DNA from: Vitrella brassicaformis CCMP3155
Lineage: Eukaryota; Protista; Chromerida
Assembly: GCA_001179505.1 (NCBI GenBank)
Contig: CDMY01000788.1
Coordinates: 1 to 20,220, forward strand
DNA length: 20,220 nt
Direction: 5' to 3'
In this document: positions 8,990 through 20,220 of the stretch, piece by piece
Numbering within the stretch: position 1 is the stretch's first letter
How the letters are laid out: each line of letters starts with the position of its first letter
The notes under the pieces: model-generated
Told to the model about the DNA's origin: nothing
What the model saw: the letters and a program-made list of their open reading frames with translations, nothing else
Databases searched by the model: none
Program-made: the position numbers and the translations under genes

Positions 8990-11900
8990 AACCTGTCTGT
9001 TGGTCTGGTCCTGAAGCCTTTTGCCCATGTCAGTCAGTCTGTCTGTCTGTCTGTCTATACACCCGTACGCATGTACGCACCACAATTTCATTTCGTTCGG
9101 ATCAGCCAGCCAGCCAGCCAGCCGGCCACTGTGGACGTAAATACCCATCCCTACCGACTCACTCGCCGCCATCCCATCCACTCACTCTTTGTCACCAACA
9201 ACCAATACACCGTCATATAGATATGGAGAGAGAGGGAGGTAGATACGGACACCATATCCACCGACACGGATACCTATAGATCTCTAGGTAAGGCAGGGGG
9301 GCACCAACACGTATACATGCATGGACACGTACAGTCATTACATACACTTAGAGACACACACATACGCGCACACGCACGCACACACGAACGATTGAATGAA
9401 TGAATGGAGGTCTGGGCTCCATGAACGAACAGCCAGACAGACAGACAGACAGACAGACAGGTAGGATTAGATAGGTTGGTTGACACGTAGATGTTAGCAA
9501 GCACGGATTAGATAGGTGCATGGCATGGCATACACTGACACACATACACACATACATACATGTGTATATGAAGTAGTAGTATGTATGCACATTTCCTTCC
9601 TTCCTCTTTTCCACAGTGAACACCACACCAAAAACACATATACAGATCCATCGACCATATCCAGCCATGTGTACTCATCCATCCATCCATCGTCAGTGTC
9701 GGTCGGCATACAGCCAGCCACATCGACCAACCAATCAACGCGCAGTAAGTATTCACACACAGCCAGCCAGCCAGCCAGCCCTCTCTCTCCATCTATCTAT
9801 GGTCTATACACAAGTAGGGGTGGGCACGCAAAGAGAGCCAGACAGACAGACAGAGGGGGTGAGGTGGGCAACCAATCAATCAAATGAGACGGCAAAAATC
9901 AAAGCGCCGCCGTGGATATACTGATGTGACATGATCTGATGTGACGTCTTCTTCCTTCCTTGCTGCTTCCTTGCTCCCCGCCGATGGACGATGGACGATC
10001 GATGGACGGACCACAAACAAATAGAGAGAGTTCATACCATACACGGATATAGTATATACACCTCAGTCCCGCTGCCCCCCCCCCCCCCCCCNNNNNNNNN
10101 NNNNNNNNNNNNNNNNNNNNNNNNNNNNNNNNNNNNNNNNNNNNNNNNNNNNNNNNNNNNNNNNNNNNNNNNNNNNNNNNNNNNNNNNNNNNNNNNNNNN
10201 NNNNNNNNNNNNNNNNNNNNNNNNNNNNNNNNNNNNNNNNNNNNNNNNNNNNNNNNNNNNNNNNNNNNNNNNNNNNNNNNNNNNNNNNNNNNNNNNNNNN
10301 NNNNNNNNNNNNNNNNNNNNNNNNNNNNNNNNNNNNNNNNNNNNNNNNNNNNNNNNNNNNNNNNNNNNNNNNNNNNNNNNNNNNNNNNNNNCCCCCCTCC
10401 CTCCCCTCCCCCACAGGCCTACATAAGTGAGTAATGGAGATGATGGAGATGGTGGAGATGGTACAGAGACATGAAAGGGGGCAAAAACGACACACACGAG
10501 ACAGACAGACAAGAATGAATGATCACACGGACACCAACACGCCAGGCCCACATGCACCGACAGAACCAGACCTTATTTATCTATGCGTTTATGAATGGCC
10601 CCGACCAACATAACATAGCCAGCCGTGTGTGTTGCATCGGTCCTCAAACGCGCAAATAAACACCGGTCGGTCGATGAGATGAAGAGCATAACATTGGAAC
10701 GTATTGACAGACAAAACAAACACCGAAATGAAAGGGGAGAGACAGATGACAGACAGACAGACAGGCAGCAGGGCTACGGAAGCTTTGCACCGATAGGCAG
10801 ATGCACATAGGTACATGTATGTGTATGCATGGTATGCAGTCAGTCACGGGTAAGCAAGCGCAAACACACACACACACACACACCACCACACATCGTGTGG
10901 ATTGGATGCTTGGCCAGAGTGTCTCTGCGTGTGCACGCACGCAGCTTCAAAGAAAACATGAATGAAAGAAACGAAGAGTGGATATAGGAAGGAAGGCAAG
11001 CAAGAACCAAGGGAAGCTAAAGAAAACCCCCCTCTCTCTTCTGCCCTCTCCCCTCATATGTAGAAACTTTTATCAATCAAACACCATACATAACATACAC
11101 TCACTGTCGTGTGTTCTCAACCGTCCCTGTCTCGGTGTCTCGGTGTGTGTGTGTGTCGTGTGTCTGTTGGTGTGTCGGTCCACTGGCTCGGCTATCACCG
11201 ATTCAACCCAGCAGACAGACAGACACGCACACAGACACACGCACAGACACGCAGGCAGACGAACAGGCAGACAGGCAGACAGACAGACAGACATGTAGCA
11301 CAAAATTTAAATATACATATGAGCGAGCAGTGCGGGCAGCATCGGTCGGTGTGGCGGCGGGAGGGTGTGATGGGTGCGGTGCCATGCATGAAAGGAATGC
11401 AGCCACGGAGCCAGCCATGAGCCATGAGCCATGAAGACCACCACCAAGTCAGAGTGCAAATGAATTATAAAGCATTTGTGTGTAGGCCATTCAGGCAGCC
11501 AGGCAGCCAGGCAGGCAGCCAGGCAACCAGTACTAGGTATGGCGATACAAAGCGAGATATATCGATACTCAGTGTCTGATGAATACAAGCAGCACACAGA
11601 CACACACACACACAGAGCGGGCAAACATCAAGACAGCCGGGCAAACAACCATATATCGTTCCATGAGGAAAAAGGTCCGGGCAGCATCACATCAGCAGTA
11701 GGTAGGCATGGAGCCATGTGTGTGTGTGTGTGTCTGTGTATATGTGTGTGTGTGTGTGTGGTGTGTATGAGAGTGGCTGGTGTTATGAATAAAACTTCCG
11801 ACGGCGGAACAAATATGGCGAAGATGGCAGGCAGCCAGGCAGCCAGGCAGACAGACAGACAGGCAGACACGCAACCAACAGACGGGCAGACGGGCAGGCA

Positions 11901-12320
11901 GGCTGGCAGGCGTGTGCGTGTGCGTGTGCGTGTGCGTGTGCGTGTATGTCCCTCCCTCCCTCCCTCCCTGTGTCCGTATGTATGTATGTGTCTTTGGTGC
12001 GTATGAATGCATGCACGACTGCGTGTGGTGCCCCATCTCATGTGTGTATGCACTGCACTCATCCCCTCTCTCCTCTCCCACCCTGACAGACACGCAGACA
12101 GACAGAGACACCGACAGACAGCCATGTGCATAGCATACCCACGCAGTCACGCACACACGCAGGCAGGCACCTTTATCTCCTCCCTCTCCCAGACCCACCC
12201 GTCCCACCAACGATCAGCCAACCAACCAACATCACCTGACTGATCTGTCCCCGTTCGTGTGTGGATGCCATGGATGTGATAGTGTCTGTCACATCACACC
12301 ACATCACACCACATCGTACG
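8990..12320. repeat. Microsatellite-rich non-coding stretch between convergent genes: (CAGA)n, (CA)n/(GT)n, (CAGC)n, (CATC)n, (CAGGCAGC)n, (GTGC)n
   Basis: Many perfect tracts, e.g. 9430-9460, 9760-9780, 11190-11292, 11495-11525, 11715-11765, 11830-11945. All ORFs here are simple-repeat translations. Confidence 0.85.
10092..10391. other. Assembly gap (300 N) flanked by poly-C
   Basis: Run of N preceded by C17 (10075-10091) and followed by CCCCCTCCCTCCCC. Confidence 0.99.
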
Positions 12321-12322
12321 TA

Positions 12323-15241
12323 TCAGCGGGTCTGCCTCCCGCCCTTCCCGCCACCATGGTTCCCCTGCAGGCCCCCGCCCCTGCCCCCGCCCATGCTCGT
12401 CTCCGACCGCGTCGAATCCGTGTCCCACCTGGGGCTCAAACACACCGCCTCCGTCTTGCCGCTCCCGCCACGAGCGCTGAACGGCGGCGGACCGACCTCG
12501 CTGCTGCCGCTGCTGCTGCGACCTGTCGATGATGACGACGCACTGCTCGCCATGCTCTCGGCATGGGACGGTGGGGCGGCTGGTGGGGCGATTGTGAGTG
12601 TGGGAGGGGTGGGGGCGGGGGGGATGGGGCCGGGGGCCTCTAACACAGGGAGGCTGGGCGGGGGCGGGGGGGAGGGGGTGGCTGTCAGGGTGGGGGTGAC
12701 GATGCTGCTGGCGCTGCTGCTCATGGCGCTCCCGGTTGTGGTGGGCAATGTGGCCATGCTCGGGGCCGTCGTGATCGCGGCCTGACTCTGACTCGGTGTC
12801 GGCTGGGGGATCGGCATCGGTGGCGGCGGGGGCGGCTGTTGCTGCTGCTGCTGCTGTTGTTGTTGTTCGGGCATCGGGAGGTCAGTGCTGAACAAGTCCT
12901 TGTCCTTGGGCGAGGTCTTGCGGAGGCTGCCCGACACCCTGTTGGCCGTGAAGGCCATGGTGGGCCCGACGATGTTGTCTTGTATGCAGGGCTGCGGCGA
13001 GGAGGGGTAGTTGGATGGGGTGGAGATGGGCGTGCCGCACACACAGATGGCATGCTGTCTCGGGAAGGGGCTGCCGGTCTCGGCGGGCGTCAGGGGGTTG
13101 GTGCTGCGGCCGTGACGGGCCCGCCGCCGCTTCCGTGACGCGCCGCCACACATGCCGACTCCGCGACCATACGCACGCCGCCGTGTGCACCAACAGTAGA
13201 GCAGACGCTTGAAACACACACTGCAGCCAAGAAGCGGAGAAGGTGTCTCACAAACTTGTCTGTCTGTCTGTCTGTCTGATGGCTGTGTGTGTGTTTAGTT
13301 ACCTGATGAGAGGCAGTAGGAAAAATGCCGCGAGTGTGGCTCCGACGAGCCAAGCCCAGAGGGGTATGGAGTAGGGGGGTTTGGTGATGCAGGTGCCCTC
13401 CTTGCAGAGCCATCCCGCGTTGAGGCAGTAGAGGCCCGCGTGACGGAAGATCGCAGGCGCGCTGTGCAGGTGATCCACATACTGATAACCCGTGCACTGG
13501 ATGAACCGATGAATGAATGAATGAATGAACGAAAGAATGCGCGCACGACACGCCCACATTGCCCCTTTCTCTTGTGTGTGTGTGTGCTTCTCGTCTCGGT
13601 GGCTCACTTGGTCGTTTTGGTAGCCGGGATCGTGCAGCTCGAAGACCTGGCAGACGTCTGACGCCATGCAGTACTCAGCACACTGCTTAAAATTCCCCCG
13701 CCGCCCGTCATCCTCGACGTCCACCACAAACACGGGATCGAAGCCTCCCGCCCTGACGCCCCACCAGGGCAGCGGCACGATGTGCTCTAGCTGACCCAGC
13801 ACCATCGATGGGTCGTACCAACGGCCGGACGCCTGTGCACACAGGTCCTTGATGGTCGAGTTGGTCAGCGGCTTCCGGAGCGCCACTGACGCCGACGGGG
13901 CACCCGACAGCTCGGGGATCGACGAGGCCATCACTGAGAGAAACAAACAAGACAGAGGAGAGAAAGAAAGGCGTGTGTGTTTGCTGTCTGTCGCTCTGAG
14001 TGCGTTGTAACGTCTGTTTGGCTGGCTGGCTGACCGGTGAGGTTGACCATCGAGACCTTGAGAGGCGTCTCGTAGCCCTCCTCGCCGTCCACGGACACCC
14101 GGAAGGATCCCGACATCGGCAGGACGTCCATCTTGACAGAGTCCAGGCGGCCCGAGTCGACCGTCGGCAGAGGGGGGTCCTCGCTGGCCTCACACTTGGG
14201 CGACACCTCAAAGACGAGGTACGACTGCCCCAACCCCGGCTGCACGAGGTGCACGTTCTCCCTTGCAAAGTCGGCGTAGTTGATGTCGAAGGTGTGGGTC
14301 TCCACCAGCCATTTGTTGGCGTCCAGCTCGGGGTCGTCGAATGTGTCCTCCCACCGCTTGACAAAAGTGCGATTGGCGGTGTCGTAGTCGTACACGCGCA
14401 CCCAGTCGACGTAGGAGAAGGAGTGGTCCTGCCTGCGGCCGGCTGTGCGGTCCGTCCCGTCGATGTGGCTGTCGTACACACCCGCCCATGCCTCGGCGGC
14501 GTCGAAGGTGTTGAAGTTGAGGGGCCAGAGGTTGAACCGCAGGAACATGGCCTCGGTGAAGGTGCTGATGGCGTCGAGGCAGCCGAACATTTCGGCGTCA
14601 TGGAGAGATAAGTCGCCCCCCGCCACATACTCCGACACCAGCTCCCCGACATGCCGCCGCTTGCCCTCGTCTGCGCAGGTCGTCTCGACGCGCAGAGGGC
14701 GTTTGTCGAGGTACCATGCGACGTAGTCAGGCGTCCAGTCGATAGTGAAGATGTGGAACTGCTTCTTGATGAAGGCCGACTGGGAGTCGCTGTCATACAG
14801 CACCCCCGGGGCGGCGTAGTACTTTTCGGCGAGCTGCCTGTGCGTGACGTTGCCGGTGATGATGGTGGTCTGGATGGGGTCCTGGGTGTAGTGGCCCTTG
14901 CCGTGGATCTCGTAGTCGATCTCCTGCCAGGGGGCCGTGAGGTCCATGTGGCCGACCTCATACAGGTCCTTGTAGAGGAAAAAGGCGCTGATGGTGCCCT
15001 CAGTCTCGGTGCCCACCATTATGTTGGCTTCGAACCGGCCGTACGTGAACTTCTCAACCGAACTGATCTCGCCTGCCGAATACGGCTTGGTGCACTCGTC
15101 GCAACACGGGTAGCTGCTGCCGCTGCCTTTGCCTTTGTCCTTGCTCTCGCCTTTGTCGTCTGACGCCTCCTCCTCCTGGCACACGCCCGACATGAGGAGG
15201 GCCGCCAGGCAGACGAGCTTCATTCGCGCCGTGGTCTTCAT
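12323..15241 (-). CDS. Type-I membrane protein: signal peptide, GH16 beta-glucanase (lichenase-like, circularly permuted), PAN/Apple-like Cys module, TM helix, low-complexity tail; complement(join(12323..13220,13303..13496,13608..13933,14035..15241)), 874 aa (868 from ATG 15223)
   Basis: GH16 motifs: YSAGEISSVEKFTYGRFEANI, GTISAFFLY, WQEIDYEIHGK (ExDxE at 14923-14909), FHIFTIDWTPDYVAWYLD, LRFNLW, YVDWVRVYDY, WEDTFD..W..TFD. Hydrophobic N-terminus MKLVCLAALLMSGVC. TM segment PLWAWLVGATLAAFFLLPLISVCF is followed by KR..RRR. Three GT-AG introns in phases 1, 0, 2; total 2625 nt. Confidence 0.88.
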
Positions 15242-15480
15242 TTCTCACTCCCCCCACACCCACCGCAGCGGAGCCCAGACAGTCGTGTGCAGTAGGCAGG
15301 ATACAGAGTGTGCAAAACCTCGAACTGCCTGCCTGTCGTTGCGTCCTTTGACAGCCCCCTCCTTAATTACCCAGCACGCCGCCTCTCTCGCTGTACCTCT
15401 TCAACGGTTGTGTAAACGCGAGCGAGCTTACTAGCTCGCGGAACAAGGGGAAAGCGTGTGGTGCGATTGGATGAGGCGAG
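15242..15480. promoter_or_regulatory. Short divergent intergenic region (putative bidirectional promoter)
   Basis: 239 bp between ATG 15241 (-) and ATG 15481 (+), free of microsatellites. Contains a 7-bp inverted repeat GCGAGCT-tact-AGCTCGC at 15422-15439. Confidence 0.5.
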
Positions 15481-18685
<3,205 letters not shown>

Positions 18686-19531
18686 ATAGACACCCACACC
18701 AGTTTGCGCACGTGTGATGCCCTCCCTTTCATCCTGCGGGCCTTTATCGAGTCAGTCAGGCGTCTGGTGTTGTCTGTCAGCTGCTGTGCGTGAGTGAGCT
18801 TTTTTTCGTTTGGGGTAATCCCATACAGACAGTGTCATTGCTGCCTCAACTTGTTTGCTGTGTGTGTGTCTGGATAAACTGCGGTGACTGCATGTATTTA
18901 TTGTGCTGCACCACCGCGTCTATCTCGTCGACTCTTTTTCGTGACTGACGCTATGGGCTTTCCGCTCACTCTGCTGCCCAATGAAGCCTTGATGAGCCAA
19001 TCGGTCCACTCCACATGAATGTGTGTGACTTATCCTGAACGAGTCCTGAATCAGGATCGATTCGTCTGCCTGCGAGTGCTGCTTTCACACTTACAGACCA
19101 TGGCATCCACCCCTACCCAAGCAAACGCACGCAGCACACATCGAAACACCACACACGGAGACACACACCAATCACATCGACACGCACAAAGCTGCGGGCG
19201 GGGAGGGCACATATTTGTCTCCCGGGATCCTACTCCCGTTCCAATTCGACCGTGGTGCTGAGCGAAATGAGCGTCGAATATAAAATGTAGGCAGCGATGC
19301 ATACATTTTATTTCATTGGCCCTCGACGGCCTTATGTGTCGCTGTTGCTATGGTGTCTGTCGAGCCGTGCCTGGCGCTTCGGGCTAAAGAATGTGGTCGC
19401 CCTCACACTGACGACTCACGCCATCCACACCAACCTGAGACGCACGCGACACACATCGAAACGTACCCACACGTGCAGCGAGGATATGTCTGTCTGTGAT
19501 TTGCCTCTGCCCACCTTCGTCACGTATTTCG

Positions 19532-19993
19532 TCATCGATTCCTTCTTCGTCTGTTGCTCCCAGCTGCGTCGGCCTCTCTGCTCGTTGGCGCTGGTCTCCT
19601 TCGCCCCGGCTCTCGTGCAGGGCCGGCACTGTTGTCCATTCTGACGTGAGGTTTGGCCGCCATGCCGTTATAGACGGTTGTGGAAACGTTGACTTTCCTG
19701 CACACGTGTCAGAGTATCAATGCCACCTGAATGACACGAGACATACACACACGCATAAGTGTGGGTCGTTCGTTTGAGTACCTGCTTTCGCCGCCCACGC
19801 CGCTATGGGTGGCCCTGGTGGGTCGTGATGCCGTACGAAACCCGTGCGCCCTCGCTATGCCATCGGGGACATGCAGCCACTTCCCCTTCACCCACTTCCC
19901 CCCAGGCGCGAACTGGTTTTCGCACTCATGGACTACCCCTCCGTGCAGCTGCACCACGCCCGTCGGGAGGTGGATGGTGAAGGTCTCATCACT
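19532..19993 (-). CDS. Probable last two exons of an unidentified gene entering from beyond the right edge; complement(join(19532..19697,19782..19993))
   Basis: A GT-AG intron (19781-19698, with a GT-repeat interior) joins SDETFTIHLPTGVVQLHGGVVHECENQFAPGGKWVKGKWLHVPDG...GGES-R to KVNVSTTVYNGMAAKPHVR...NRRRRNR* in phase 2. No motif recognised. Confidence 0.4.
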
Positions 19994-20220
19994 CTACGTG
20001 ACCTCGCCGACGGGCTGAGGGGGAGGGGCAATGGGGAAGACGGGGCGTGGTGGGACACGTGGAATGGGGCGTGATGCTGCAATGGAAGGGGGCTGGGAGG
20101 CGGTCGGCGTCTCTCGGCTGGGTGGGCTACATGATTATCTACATCAAGTCAACATCAGGCAGGTGCCCCTCCCCTCTCCCTCTCTCTCTGTCTTTGCACA
20201 CCTCCTACCGGTCTGTTGCC

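Noticed and set aside
9899-10557. ORFs spanning the N run
   Set aside because: Artefacts of the assembly gap.
13708-14961. 417-aa minus-strand ORF and 170-203-aa plus-strand ORFs overlapping GH16
   Set aside because: Alternative-frame and antisense shadows of a high-GC coding exon, with biased R/S/T/P composition.

Overview
This is an intron-dense eukaryotic genomic window with microsatellite-filled GT-AG introns and GC-rich exons. Its style suggests the chromerid alveolate Vitrella brassicaformis, which is an inference from sequence style and one lineage-typical gene family. I reconstructed five spliced genes by hand, checking intron phases: (1) a divergent Ser/Thr kinase (-); (2) an F-box-like member of a lineage-expanded family with a 1-nt frameshift (-); (3) an SQT1/AAMP-like WD40 protein needing one GC-AG intron (+); (4) a type-I membrane protein with a circularly permuted, Fibrobacter-type GH16 beta-glucanase, a PAN/Apple-like Cys module, a TM helix and a long tail (-); (5) a 14-exon LEU4-type 2-isopropylmalate synthase homologue with a remodelled active site (+). 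The 3' end of an orphan gene probably enters from the right edge. A foldback-like element with modular inverted arms lies at 445-1769, and a 300-N gap at 10092-10391. The most notable signals are the permuted GH16 surface protein, the altered IPMS pocket, the foldback element, and a recurring intron layout of (CA)n near the donor and (GT)n near the acceptor that could bridge splice sites by base pairing. All homology calls come from motif recognition, not database searches.
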